Assembly: GCA_964106915.2 (NCBI GenBank)
Contig: OZ066916.1
Origin: Podarcis gaigeae
Taxonomy: Eukaryota
DNA length: 64,000 nt
Reading direction: 5' to 3' (one strand)
Shown here: positions 1 to 12,234 of the stretch, one piece after another
Layout: each line of letters begins with the position of its first letter
Position numbering within the stretch: position 1 is the first letter of the stretch
Notes under the pieces: model-generated
The model's database searches: none
The model's input: the letters and a program-made list of their open reading frames with translations, nothing else
Told to the model about the DNA's origin: nothing
Made by a program: the position numbers and the translations under genes

Positions 1-2496
1 TTGATTGGATTGACTTGATGGGTTTTTTATTTAATGATGAGAGAGTCAACAATTATTTCCTGAGGGGGAAAACTTTGTTAGCTTTTACGGTCTTGGCTTG
101 ACATGGAACTGGTGACTGGTGGACTGAACTTTATTTTGACATCTGGGTGATATAAAGACACTGGCATTCCCTCATACTTTTCTTTAAAGAATGACATATC
201 CTTGCGTCTCCAGAATTCTGCCCACCACCAAAAAAAATCCCACCCTCCAAAAAACCAAGAAGCTGAATAAGCACCCCAGTTTAATTTGTATGCAAAGAAT
301 AGCATATTTGTATACCTTTTATCAGCTTGCACAATTTATTTCTCTTATAAACATCCAAGTGTACCATGCAGTTCTAGAATCTAGAGTATTGTCCATACTA
401 TTTGAGGCCGTAGTTCACAGAGGCAGCCAGAGCACTGAGGAGAGGAGTCAAAAAGATACCTCAGACTGGTAATAATGAAATGAGGAAGCATAAAGTCAGA
501 GTCAGATTACTTTCAAGTCCCTGTGTGTCTGCCTGTTATGTTTGTGTACACTTTTGTATGTCAGCAGCTATACAGCTTGACGTTAATCTGTCCTTCTGTT
601 TCCTATCTGCTAGAGGGAGATGAGGAGACAGCAGGCATTAAGTTCCACACATGGAATTCAGACAGATAGTATTTTGTGGTGATAAGCGTCCGAAACAATA
701 AGATGAACACAAAGGAGAAGGAATAAAGGACAAGTAAGGAATAAGAAAGAAGGAAGAAATAGAGGAGGAGGAGGAGAGGTTAAACCTTCTGTTTCACTGT
801 ATATGTGTTGTCCACCAAAATTTGAGACACAACTGCAAAGAAACAAAAACAAAATTGTCATCCCTTCGGAACATGGGGATTCATTTTGGGGATTTTCAGT
901 GTCCAACAAAATGCACAGCTCCCTAGTTTCTTCAAAGAAGGCATTACAGTTAAAACTAATTTAAAATTGAGACAGACACATTTGCTTGGATGTTGCACAA
1001 TTTTATACACCAGGTCCTATGTGCACCTCTGAGCAGCATGAACATTATGAAGTACTGGTGTTCTCATTTTCATTGCAGCCAGCTTCCTAGTCTGAACACT
1101 AGGAAAACAGAACAAAGGAATAATGAACAAGAAGTAATAATTCTACAGCTTTCAGCTGCTTACCAGAAACGCCTCACTACTTAACCTTTGCTGCCTGAGA
1201 TCATTCCTGCTTAAAACCTCACCCCTGCTATACTTTTAGTATAATTGTGCTTTTGGAAAATTTTGTTTGCTGGTTTTCCATTTTATTTAATTTAGTCAAT
1301 GGTGTGCATGTTTAGTTCTGTTGCAAAATCACCTGTATTTGAGCTATGGAATGTTGTAGGTTTATTTTTTAAAAAGAAAGAAAGAAATTGCATGAAGTTG
1401 GTTGAAAACTTAAGAGCTGGTACTGGTGCTCGGAGATTTTCCTTCCTTAACCAATAGTACTTTCAAGAAAGATCTGCAAGTGGGAAACAATTCCCACTCA
1501 TTATTCTTTCTATGAAGTCCATTTTATCTATATTCCATCAATAAATGTTTTTTCCTGTCTATAGGAGATATCTGTAGTGTAAGAGGAAAGACTGATGTCA
1601 CGAGGTGAGGAAGAAATATTCTTGATGGCTACTTGGAGCCTACCATTCAGAAGGAAAACGCAGTTGACCTGTAATACATTTTCAAGCTCTGTTTATTTTA
1701 TTATACCAGGATTAAAACGTGCTTAACTTTATCTGAATTGCATCTTCCTTCTCGAAGTCTGCATGCCCGTAGGGACACTTACCCAAGAAGATCCGTCTGC
1801 AGACAGATTAGTTACCCCTTTGGCGCTGACCTTCTGGTCCAGATGTTCAAAATGGTCTTCCCCATGCGGTGTTATCAGAAAGTGATTCAGTCACATGGAG
1901 AATATGAACTGAGCTGCCCCCCCCCCCCCTTTATGGAGTTCCAGCTTTATCTTCAACCTCCTTGGGTAGCTTTTCATTAGTCTACGTTTTGTAGTTTTCT
2001 TTGCACTTCAGATATGTTCAGCTCAAAGCATCCCGTTCAAGTGTAACTTAAGTGCACGTACTGAGTTTATCCAAGCATTCACTTAGCTATCCATGTGTTT
2101 TGGATGTCTCAGTTCCACTCAGTTAAATGACTCATACACTTAAGTAATCATAGAGAGAGAAAATAAACAAAGAGTTTTATAGTCAACAATAATATTGCTT
2201 TCATCATCCTTCTTCTCTCGGGGCTAGGCTCCAAAGACATTTACTTCTGTCTTCTTTCAGCGAGGAGAGGGGAGCAAAATGCGAGCTTTCCTAGTGAGAT
2301 ACATTTATGAATCCATTGCAGAAGGATATTCAACTGAGTGGGGATTTCCCCGCTCTCTGTGAAGTCTTAGAGCCACTTCATGCATTATACAAAATGATAA
2401 ACTGTGGTAACAATGTCTTTAGAGTGTACTGCTTCAGATTGCAGGTGGGAGAGTATGTCGCATTTAGTTAGAAACTCCTTGTGTATATTTAAAAAA

Positions 2497-2866
2497 GGTA
2501 AAGGACCCCTGGACAGTTAAGTTTAGAGGTGACTATGGGGTGTGGCACTCATCTTGCCTTCAAGTCAAGGGAGCCGGCAGTTATCCACAGACAGCTTTCC
2601 AGGTCATGTGGCCAGCATGACTAAACCGCTTCTGGCGCAAAGGAACACCATGATGGAAACCAGAGTGCACAGAAACACCATTTACCTTCCCGCCACAGTG
2701 GTACCTATTTATCTACTTGCAGTGGTGAACCTTCGAACTGCAAAGTTGGCAGAAGCTGGGACAGAGCAATGGGAGATCACCCCATTACATGGATTTGAAC
2801 TGCTAACCTTCCGATCAGCAAGCACAAGAGGCTCAGTGGTTTAGACCACAGCGCCACCCACTCCCA
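2497..2866 (-). mobile_element. Sauria SINE, older diverged copy
   Basis: aaaggtaaagg tail and tRNA-like head (rc of gggagtgggtggcgctgtggtctaaacc); similar to the copy at 46976. Confidence 0.85.
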
Positions 2867-2930
2867 TATTAAACTAGCACAAAAGGGGAGGTGGCATTCA
2901 CAAACATAGGCCTGGTCTAAACTCAGAGCA

Positions 2931-3909
2931 GGGGCTCACATCCACACTTCTGCTTGCTCCTCTGAGGAAATCTGCTGTTTACCACTGAATCGGATCAAAC
3001 ATCAATCGGGTTTTCTCCAGATTGACATTTGCTCTGATTTAGCGCTAAAGAGTGGGTTTTCGGGGCGGGGGGACAGCAGGGCAAAGGCAGAACCACTCAG
3101 ACCCATACCTAGAAGCACACAAGTGGGAAACTGCCCAGACTTGTGCTTTCCAGGCACGGAACAAGAGGAAGTGTGGACGATAGGTGGTATATGACACGGG
3201 CAAAATTAGCAAAAATGTACAAGACATGTAATAAGTGTTGGAAATGTAGAGATAAAGAAGGTACTTTTTATCATATGTGGTGGGAATGTAAGAAAGTGAA
3301 AGACTTCTGGGAAAAGATATATAATGAATTGAAGAAGATTTTAAAATATACATTTATAAAGAAACCAGAAGTCTTTCTGTTACGAATATTAGGAAATGAG
3401 ATAAAAAGAAAGGACTGTAAATTTTTTCAATATGCAGTAACAGCAGCAAGAGTGTTACTGGCCCAGAAATGGAAACAACAGGAAATACCGACTGTGGAAG
3501 AATGGAGAATGAAGCTGTTAGACTATGCGGAGCTGGACAAACTGACAGGGAAGATCAGATACTTAAGAGACCAAAAGTTCATTGAGGACTGGGGGAAATT
3601 TGTGGAATATCTGGAACATATAAGTGAGGGACAGATAACACTAAAGGGATTTAAAGAAGCACTGTGAAAAATTAAGAAGTATTGTCTAAAGGGAATAGAA
3701 AGAAAGATATAAACAATGTCAATATAAATTTGAGAAATGCGTAATTTAAATAATAACTATGGATGATTTACGGGAAAGCTGAAGGAAGTCCTGAAAAGGA
3801 GTAAGTTGTGAAAAAATTGATGTGAAACTAATATGTTTTTTGGTTTTTTGATGTAAACTAATAAAAATTTATTCAAAAAAAAAAAAAAGAGGAAGTGTGG
3901 ACGAGCCCC
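2931..3909. mobile_element. PIF/Harbinger-like MITE, interrupted by the L1 insertion
   Basis: Terminal inverted repeats ggggctcacatccacacttc / gaagtgtggacgagcccc; superfamily inferred from GGG termini. Confidence 0.55.
3181..3886 (+). mobile_element. 5'-truncated L1/Tx1-clade LINE (ORF2 C-terminal CCHC region, 3' UTR, poly(A))
   Basis: Open frame with CNKCWKC...TFYHMWWEC and LLAQKWK...EEW motifs to the stop at 3667; AATAAA + poly(A); 18-bp TSD aagaggaagtgtggacga at 3163-3180 and 3887-3904. Confidence 0.92.
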
Positions 3910-4349
3910 AAAATGAGGTGGAAATGACCAAAGCACTTTCTGCCCCTTCTCTCTGTCACCCATCTCACACACAGTACCCAATATGTTTTTAATGTGTTAA
4001 AACATTTTTTTTCAAAAAATGGTGCTTTCCCATCTGTAATCTCAACTGGCACAGTCCACCTGACTACTTCATGCTTTCCTCACTTCATCTGGCTCCAGAT
4101 TTAACCTAAGCCATATTATAGAACAATTGCAAATGAAGGTCATGCTGGCTTATATAATTTAATTAGTCTAATCCAAAGAGAATGTCTTCCCACCTTTTAA
4201 CTTGAACCAGTTCCTGCTCACCCACCCCCAAGTAATATATGAACACAAACCAAAACTACTACTTCTCCTTCTTAGAATTTATATACTGCTGTATACCCAG
4301 AGGTCTCAGGCCACTTCACAGAACAAATTCAAAATATAAAACCACAAAA

Positions 4350-4399
4350 TATGAGTGGCTGGGGAAACTCAGCCAGATGGGCAGGCTTTAAATAATAAG

Positions 4400-4440
<41 letters not shown>
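4350..4440 (+). repeat. L2-type 3' tail with (GTT)n microsatellite
   Basis: gagtggctggggaaactcagccagatggg followed by a (GTT) run; related tail at 17370-17444. Confidence 0.6.
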
Positions 4441-6409
4441 ATAACATATATGAGCATGATCTAGATCCTCTGCAAATATTTGTGGTGACACAAGCATAGC
4501 CTCTCTCTTAATTAAGGATCACATTTTTGCACAGAAAGAATATTCAAGAGGCATCTTTCACTGAAATGATTGAGTGGGTTGCTGATGCAGCAAGCTGCTG
4601 TATTTGCAGGTATTTTGTTGCTACAGGCTATGGCCTAGTTCAGACGTCATGGAAAACCATACTTCCCCACTCTGCGAAAGAGCTGCAGCTGGCCGTGGCT
4701 TGCCCCCCATCATGGTCTTCCCTCTTTTGCAGCTTTGAGCAAGGAAGCTTTGGCATTTGCTTTTAAACAAATGGCTGTTCCCTATAACATCCAAAATGGG
4801 GAAACTGTGGTTTGTTTAAAACAGGGGTAGACTATATGATGCCCTCCAAATGTCATTGGACTCCACCTCCCATCAGCCTCAGTCAGCATGGTCAATAGTG
4901 AGGAATGATGGGAGCTGGAGTTCAACAACACCAGGGGGTTGGTAGGGAACCAGGCTGGTTGTCCCTTGTTTAAGAAATGGATTCATAGGAAGCCATAATC
5001 TGACACCATGCTTTGATCATGGCTTGATCATGGTAAAGAAAGATCATGGCATGAAATGTGTAAAGATCCGCAAACCTCTTTAATCTAGAAAGCTCACAGC
5101 TTAGTGTGTCCAAAAGTAATACAGGCAGTGTAACCAGGGACATTAGTACACGTGGATTTATCTTAATTTAATCCAAGGTGCTGGACTACAACTCCCATCA
5201 CCCCTGACCATTGCACATGCCTGCTGGAGCTGATGGGAGTTGGAGTCCCGCAGCATTTGGAGAGCAACAGACCCCTCATCACTTTACTCCCCTTGGTTTA
5301 AGAGTCAAACGAAAGGTGACGTTAAGCAAGTCTTTGGATCCTGTGCTTGGGATTCCTCAAACAAATAAGTGAAGTAACAGGAGCCACAGAGAGCCATTGC
5401 GGATCAGGGATGCTACACCAGGGGACGTTTACTCATCCCTGAACCTGGTATTCACTGCGAAACCGCTTCAATCCAAAACTCCACTTTAACCGGCACACAG
5501 ATTGCAGCTGCAAAGAATCAGCTAAACTAAAACGGAGGGTCTCTTGGTTTTCGTTTTGTTTTGGTGTTGTTGTCCCCACCCCCCACCCCCACACGCCAGG
5601 AGCAAAGGGGCACAACTCCTTTAAACAACGGTCTCTGGTCCATCGATTTGTGTCAATGAACTCATCTGGTGTGTGGCTTTTGATTCCGTGTCAAAAGCCA
5701 CCATGTGTGGGCTTCGCAATCGGCAACAGAGCAGGCTTTGACTGTTTATGCTGTGTCTTGTTGCCTAAGTGCTTTTCCATTTCTCCCCAGTCAACCTTGC
5801 AACGCCGCTGGCACTGCATCTACAAGAGAACTCTTTTTTTTAAAAAAAAAAAAACCATATATGCATATAATAACAATAATGCTTTTGAAACAATGTGAAG
5901 TCATTCTTTTTCCGATCATAAGAGAATCCCGTTTCAAACTGCCTGCTTGACGCTGCCAGCAGTAGGGCTCTACAGCTCCTTTACTGCTGTTGCACAACAT
6001 CTTGACACATAAAAGTTAATGTTGCTTCCGGAAGTGCATGCCAAATACAGGCCTGCCTCAGATGGATTAAAGATTTTATTTTTTAAAAAAACAACAACCA
6101 TGGCATCATGGTGAACTTACATTACCCAGAACCCAGCTGCAGCTCATATGTGTGAGGTTTCTTTCTTTTTATTTCACCATGCTGTCACTTAAGCTGGTGT
6201 GCATTAGGCTCTTTCCATCATCCCTACCCACCAATTTGTAGCCTTAAAATAAAACGTAACACATACCGAATTGTTTCCCCTCCCCGCCCCAGAACTCAAA
6301 AAAACCCCTACCTTTTACACTTTCAGAAAAGACCTTCCTCAAGGGTTCCTTTCTGGCTTGGTCTGTTTCATGGCTAAAGTACAGCTATTTTGCCACTCCA
6401 CAAAATTAT

Positions 6410-6505
6410 GGAGAGCTCAGTTGGCTACAGTGTGGCGCTCATAATGCCAAGGTTGAAGGTTCAATCCCTGTATGGGACAACTCTAGAATTCAACGGTTCT
6501 ATGAT
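6410..6505 (+). mobile_element. Short tRNA-derived SINE
   Basis: A box-like agctcagttgg, B box-like ggttcaatccc, tail ttctatgat; related minus-strand copies near 11965-12080 and 45755-45870. Confidence 0.6.
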
Positions 6506-6585
6506 CTCGGAGCCCTTTGGCACTAAATTCAGGAGTTGGCACTTTTGCTCCATTGCACAATGTTAAGAAGTTCCACGCTCTAACC

Positions 6586-6725
6586 CAGCCTTTCTCAACC
6601 TGTGGGTCTCCAGATGTTGTTGAACTACAACTCCCATCACCCCTAGCTAGAAAGGCCAGAGCTCAGGGATGATGGGAGTTGTAGTCCAACAACCTCTAAG
6701 GACCCACAGGTTGAGAACTGCTGCT
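6586..6725. mobile_element. Palindromic ~140-bp hAT-type MITE (actacaactcccatca family)
   Basis: Inverted arms cagcctttctcaacctgtggg / cccacaggttgagaactgctg; many decayed copies elsewhere (about 4820-4970, 5180-5280, 12110-12227, 15680-15790, 48640-48770, 53965-54105). Confidence 0.7.
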
Positions 6726-6879
6726 AGTCCAAAGTAGAGGTGGGAGGCCTTTTTGAGGGCTGTATTCAACTGGGGAAAGGTGATCTGGGGCTGCATATTG
6801 GTGATGGATGGGACCCAAAGCAAAACATGGGCAAGGCTAAAGTGAAAAGTGGACAGTCTCTCTCTCTCTCTCATATATC

Positions 6880-7026
6880 CAGTGCGTTTTTTCTGGGGGA
6901 CACACAGAGGTACGCATATCCCATACCATTTTGTGAATCTAAGTTTGGCCTCATTGAGTGGCAGTATTTAAATATGAGTAGGAAAATGAGAGTACCCCTA
7001 AACATTTTTTTTAGAAAAAAGCACTG
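6880..7026. mobile_element. Non-autonomous DNA transposon (hAT-like MITE)
   Basis: TIRs cagtgcgttttttct / agaaaaaagcactg. Confidence 0.65.
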
Positions 7027-7151
7027 TATATATTCATCCTCTCTCTTAAGTCTCTCTCACACACTAGCTAGCTAGCCTCCCTCTGAGACCTTCAACATGT
7101 CTCTCCTTTATTCATCCATCACCCATATTTGTATAATTCATAGTTTTGTGT

Positions 7152-7200
<49 letters not shown>
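7152..7200. repeat. Compound (CA)n(GA)n microsatellite
   Basis: Seen directly. Confidence 0.95.
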
Positions 7201-7201
<1 letters not shown>

Positions 7202-10200
7202 TTCACACAAGCACAGATACATGGGGTTCTCTCCCCAGCCAGCCAGCTCAACTCCTGTCTGCCTCCTTCCCTCCCTCCTCAGAAGACACAGGCTGGTTAC
7301 CAGTGGACTAAACTGAGCTCTCTGTGGCTGGCCCTCCGAAGTTGATCTGTCTGAGAATGGTTGAAAAAGCATGGAAGTATGTGATTGATTGGATGCCGGT
7401 GGCTTAACAAATCAGATTCCAATAGCTAATAGTGGAAAATGTTGTTTCGTAGCCAGTCCGTGTGTTTCATTCTACGTCTATCCACTGACTGACCTTTTTA
7501 TCCTGGATGTTGTTTATATCAGTGAACTACAGAAGCTTCATCCGTAAACCTCAAATACATTTTTAAAAAGGCACAATGCTTTGAATTGGGCTTGCATACA
7601 ATTGAGTTTTTCTAGGCCTGTGTCCTTTTCAGAACTTTCACAGATTAATTTTAAGCTGCCAGTGGAGCCATGTGTAATTTCTGTTATAAAACTTAACTCA
7701 GTCACTCAACTGTAACTGCATTTGCTGGTTCACATTAATATCTAAACATGTTAGATATTAACCACAAAGTAGATTATTTTTACTCCTCCAAATCAAAGCT
7801 TTCAAAGGAACGGTAACATACACTGTGATCTCAATGGCTTACAGGTCTTATGTACCACAGTGCAGTAAAGATTTACTGCTGGTGCCACGAGGATTCAAAA
7901 AGCCTGGCCTGCGTTTGATAGCTGCATTGTCAACGCCATTCACACCCATGCAGCCTAATCCTGTTCATATTTGCTCAGAATTAAACCCCACAGGCTTAAA
8001 CGGTATTTATTTCCATTCTGAGTGGGCATCTGTAGGGTGGACCTGTGAGGCAGACATGTAAGCAACTCACACGGCTCTCTCTGACCCCAGATCTGGCCTG
8101 ATGAACACACATCCTGGGTTGACCATAGTCGGCAATGAGCACAAGTGCAATATCGCACACAGCAGTTGCATCTCTAGTTAAAAGGAGCAGGGAGCTCCTT
8201 TTATTTTTCACTTTGAAATATATATTATTCTTTTCTACCCCACTCTTCCATTATTGGTCAGCAAGGCAGAAACTGCACATGCTATCAAGGGAAATGAGGG
8301 GAAGGGGCTCATCGACCTGTGAAAGTAGCCCACCTAGAAGAAGGAAAACTCTGGTCTTAAATCTTCGCTGCCTTACGGCTATACTCAGTCATGAGAAAGG
8401 CTTCGGGAGTAAAACCCGAGGAAAACCCACACCCACAGCCTTATGGGACAGATTTGGGAGAAGACAGCAAATTTGGAGTGGATTCCCAAAGGCACTTAGA
8501 TAGCACCTTGTACTTCTGGCAGCTCATGCAGCCAAGCTGGTGCCAAGCATATTGCTCTGCTTTCCTTTAGACCACACCAGCAAGGATGGGCAGCCCAAGA
8601 CCTCCATACACACTGCCCAGTCTTGCGCCCTGGGGAGCTACTTCAGTGTTGCTAACACAGCGAAAACAATGCAAGAGGCAGCAGCTACGAATTACCAGTC
8701 TCTGCAGCCACAGCAGGCGCTGTGATTCTCCAGCGGTTTGGTTTCATCCCCAGGGGCACAATCCACCGTCTCTTGAAGCAGGCAAATGCCAACAATAAAC
8801 CCCACTCTCCACAATGGTCTCATTCCCAAGTAAATACCTTTAGCATCAGGGCAACAGAAGCAAACTCCATTTTGTTCCAGTAGCCATGATAGTGCTGCAA
8901 TTCAAGTGAGTCTTTAAAATGCAAAACTGCAAAAGTTCTGAGTGTTTCTTTGTGTGTGTTCTAACATACATGAGGAATGTAGAAGCAACTGTAAAGCACG
9001 GGATGGTGATGTTGGGGAGGGAGCTATGTTAATTGTGTGATTCACAACAAAAGTAATACACGCTCCTGTACGACCAAAAAGCTAAGGCATCAAGCTACCC
9101 AGCTGCACCATGGCCGAGACCAACCATGTGGAACTACTGCAAGTCGGAGCAGATGGACAAGGCAAATTCCTATGTGCCTACCTTCTCTTCACACTTTCTG
9201 TGGAAACCACCAGAGGCCACATTTTGTGCAAAGAAGCCCTCCCTGAACCCGCTTAAAATGGGTACAAAGTCATTTGAGTGACTTTGGTTTTCACTTGTAC
9301 ATCTGTAGATAGCTCTTGAACTTTCTGTTGACATGTCATTTCCGGAAAATCATATTTTCTCAGGAAACAAAAGGCGAAATAAGAGCTTGGTCTTAACATT
9401 TAATGGTGTCAGACAAAGGGGATGTAAACATTACCATTCTGAATTGTTACTGTTTAAGGAGAAATGTCTTGGGGGGAAACTGGTTTCTGGTTTGTTTATG
9501 GGGAGGTTAGATGATGCGTCAAAATCAAGTGCCCTCCCACATTTTCCAGTGCATTTGCCCATCGTGTTCTTTATCGCAAAAAGCCTAATCTTTTGGGGAA
9601 GTAAGTGTGTTGCACAAGACCTTTCAGCAAACTGAATTTGCACAAGGAGAAAGAAAGAAAGAAAGAAAGAAAGAGGGCGGGCGGGCACCTGGATTAAATG
9701 AAGGGAGAGATATGGGGCGGCAATTTTGATGAAGCCGATGTCGTGTGGATGCTGTGAAAAACTTGTACACACAAGCAGTGCCAATTCCACAATAAACTCT
9801 GGTCTCCAAGCACCCATAAGGCATTTCCAGGCTGTCATTGTTTTCATGTGGGATTCAATCTGGGGCAGCAAACCCACTTCCACCAAATGTGAGCCTTTTG
9901 CAAGAAGGAGTGAAGAGAAAATGCAGGGCAAAGTGTGGGCTAAGGTTGCTTTGAGGCAACATTATCTAACATCCCCACCGCCCTCCAAACCTATCAGAAT
10001 GAATGCTCAACAAAAGCCTGTGTTTTCTGATGTCCAAAGCTGATTTAGAGTGTCTAGTTCCGTATGACATGGTTTGCTTCGTCCGGGGTCTTCTGTCCAC
10101 AGGCAACAACCTACTTCATGAAATACAGGAAACCTACTAGGGCATCGGTGTCCGCTGCTGTACTGGCCTGTAATTATCCAAGTTGGCAGTTAGGGGCAAG

Positions 10201-10299
10201 TAAACAGCAACAGAGAGTTAAGCAAGGAAGGGGGGGGGGGAGAGAGAAGCTGCTCTGACGAGATCAGAAGAAATAAAACTTTACGAGGAAGGGGGGTTG

Positions 10300-11800
10300 G
10301 GGAGGGACAGAGACAGCAGCCATGCAGAGGAGGGAAAGAGCGCGGTATAAAAGCATGAGACCCACGCAATGAGAAAGCCTGGCGGGACGGGGAAGAGACG
10401 GTGTCTCTTGCAAGCGGAGACACACCGGCCAGCAGACGGGGGGGATTCGCACACAAACTCTCCGCCGTTGCCGTCTTAGGACCGGGAACAAGTTCTCCAG
10501 CGAGTGGCCCCTCAAAGACTTGGACGTTTCCTGGTTTCCCTCCGAGAGGATTTTACCCCCAGGAAGGGAAGAGGTTCGGGAGCCACGCCGAAGACCCCGG
10601 GGAAGACCTTTAGCCTGCAAGACGCGCAGAAGCCCCGAGGGGGCGGCCAAAGCAGCCCCCACCCGCATCCCTCTGACAGCACCCAGCCCGGCTCATGGGC
10701 TGAAGAAAACAGGCGCCCGCCGACCGTCCCGGGAGCCCTCGGGTGGGCTGGAGACCCCCGTAGGCGCCCCTGCGAAGGCGCCCGGTGGTGGGGACGGGCG
10801 GGGAGCAGCTGGGGGGGCTGGAGAGAAGAGGAGAAGTCGCCTTTCCCGGCCTTGGGGGCAGCAGTAGCCCGAGTTAGAGACGAGAGAGGAGAGCCGTCTG
10901 AGCGGGGCGCTCCCTCCGGCCGCCAGCAGGGGCGGACGCCGCCCCCGCCTCGCATGCTGCCTTCGAAGGCAGGCCGGGCACCTCCAGCGCAAGGCGCGCT
11001 GCCTCTCCACCTCCTCCTCCTCCTCCTCGCCTTCGTCGTCCGCAGGCGCAGCGCCGACGGCTCTCGGCTGCGCTGCGCCACGAGGGCTGCCCCGCCGCCG
11101 CCGCTGCTCCGGTTGCTTCGGAAGCGCGCTCGGGGCCCGACGAGGCGGCGGTGGGCGGGCGAGAGGCCGGCGGCAGCTGCCTCCCGGTGCGCTCCTGCCG
11201 GCGGGCGCGACCCCATGCGGGCGCCGGGCTGCCGGAGGAGCATCGAGAGCAGCGCCCCCTGCAGCCGGACCCGCTCCCTGCCACGGCCCCGCTGCCGTCG
11301 GGCGGGCGCCCGCAGCCACCTCGCGCCGCCGCCTCGGAAGCCGCCTCCCGCCCCGAAGTGGCTCCGCCGGGGTGGTGGCGGTGCGGCAGCGGCGCGGGCT
11401 GCAGCAGCAGCAGCAGCTCCTCCTCCTCCTGCTCCCCGTCGTCGTCGTCGTCTGCCGGCCCGGTTGATCCCGAGAGCGGCGCAGGGAATCCGGCTGCTGC
11501 CCCACTAGACGCCGCCGGCGCGGCCGGGGCTCCTGCTGCTGCTGCTGCTCCTGCCGCCGCGGCTCCTCCTCTCGCTGCTGCCGCTGCTGTGCCGTCCCCG
11601 TCGCGGAGCCCTAAAGCCGCCCGCTGCAAGAGGATGGTGCGCCTGGCGGCCGAGCTACTCCTACTGCTGGGACTCCTCCTGCTCACCTTGCACATCACGG
11701 TGCTGCGGGGCAGCGAGCCCGACGCCGCCACGGGAAACCACAGCCAGCGCCAACCGGTGAGCGAGCACCCTTGCAGGAGCCTCCGCGGTTACCGGCGAAA
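10300..11800. promoter_or_regulatory. CpG island: ISM1 promoter, 5' UTR and exon 1
   Basis: Very GC- and CpG-rich against an AT-rich, CpG-depleted background; GGGCGG/CCGCCC boxes; boundaries approximate. Confidence 0.9.
11634..11756 (+). CDS. ISM1: Isthmin-1 coding exon 1 (signal peptide, [41 protein letters not shown])
   Basis: ATG in strong Kozak context (aggATGG); N-terminus matches vertebrate ISM1 as I recall it; ends CCG|gtgagc, phase 0; N-H-S sequon. Confidence 0.95.
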
Positions 11801-12234
11801 GTTGCGGGTTTACATTCTGGGGTGGGAAGGGAGAGGATTTACCAAGGAACCGAGGGGTCCCTCTGCTAGCCACCCTCTTGATTCGCTCCCCTAGCCCCGT
11901 CTCTTCTTTTACTTCCACCCACTGGGATCGCTTTATATGTTGGTGCAACGATGGTGGAAGTTGCTCATAGAAGGCACCCCAGGGTCATCTAGTCCAACCC
12001 CCTGCAATCTTTCACCCAGTGTAGAACTCGAACCCACAACCCTGAGATTAAGTCTCATGTTCTATCAACCGGAGCTATCAGGCTGTTAGTTCAGTTAGTG
12101 TCTCTCTCACCTGGTTCCCAAGCTGTTATTGGACTACAACTATAATCCCAAGCAAGTAGGATCAGTGGTCAGGGATGATGGGAGTTGTAGTCCAACAACA
12201 ACTGAGGACCAAATTTGAGAAACACTGCAGGGAG

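Noticed and set aside
3143-3667. 174-aa ORF as a host gene
   Set aside because: It is the L1 ORF2 tail; its first codons come from flanking DNA and the TSD
6410-6480. tRNA gene
   Set aside because: A/B boxes are present but the cloverleaf is degenerate and it runs into a SINE tail; treated as a SINE head
1-9000. Exons of the expected upstream neighbour SPTLC3
   Set aside because: No recognisable aminotransferase-like coding sequence
10264-11731. Long ORFs on both strands (243-334 aa) over the CpG island
   Set aside because: Low-complexity Arg/Pro/Ala/Gly products expected from stop-codon scarcity in GC-rich DNA; no recognisable domain (only the uORF aspect is kept as a finding)
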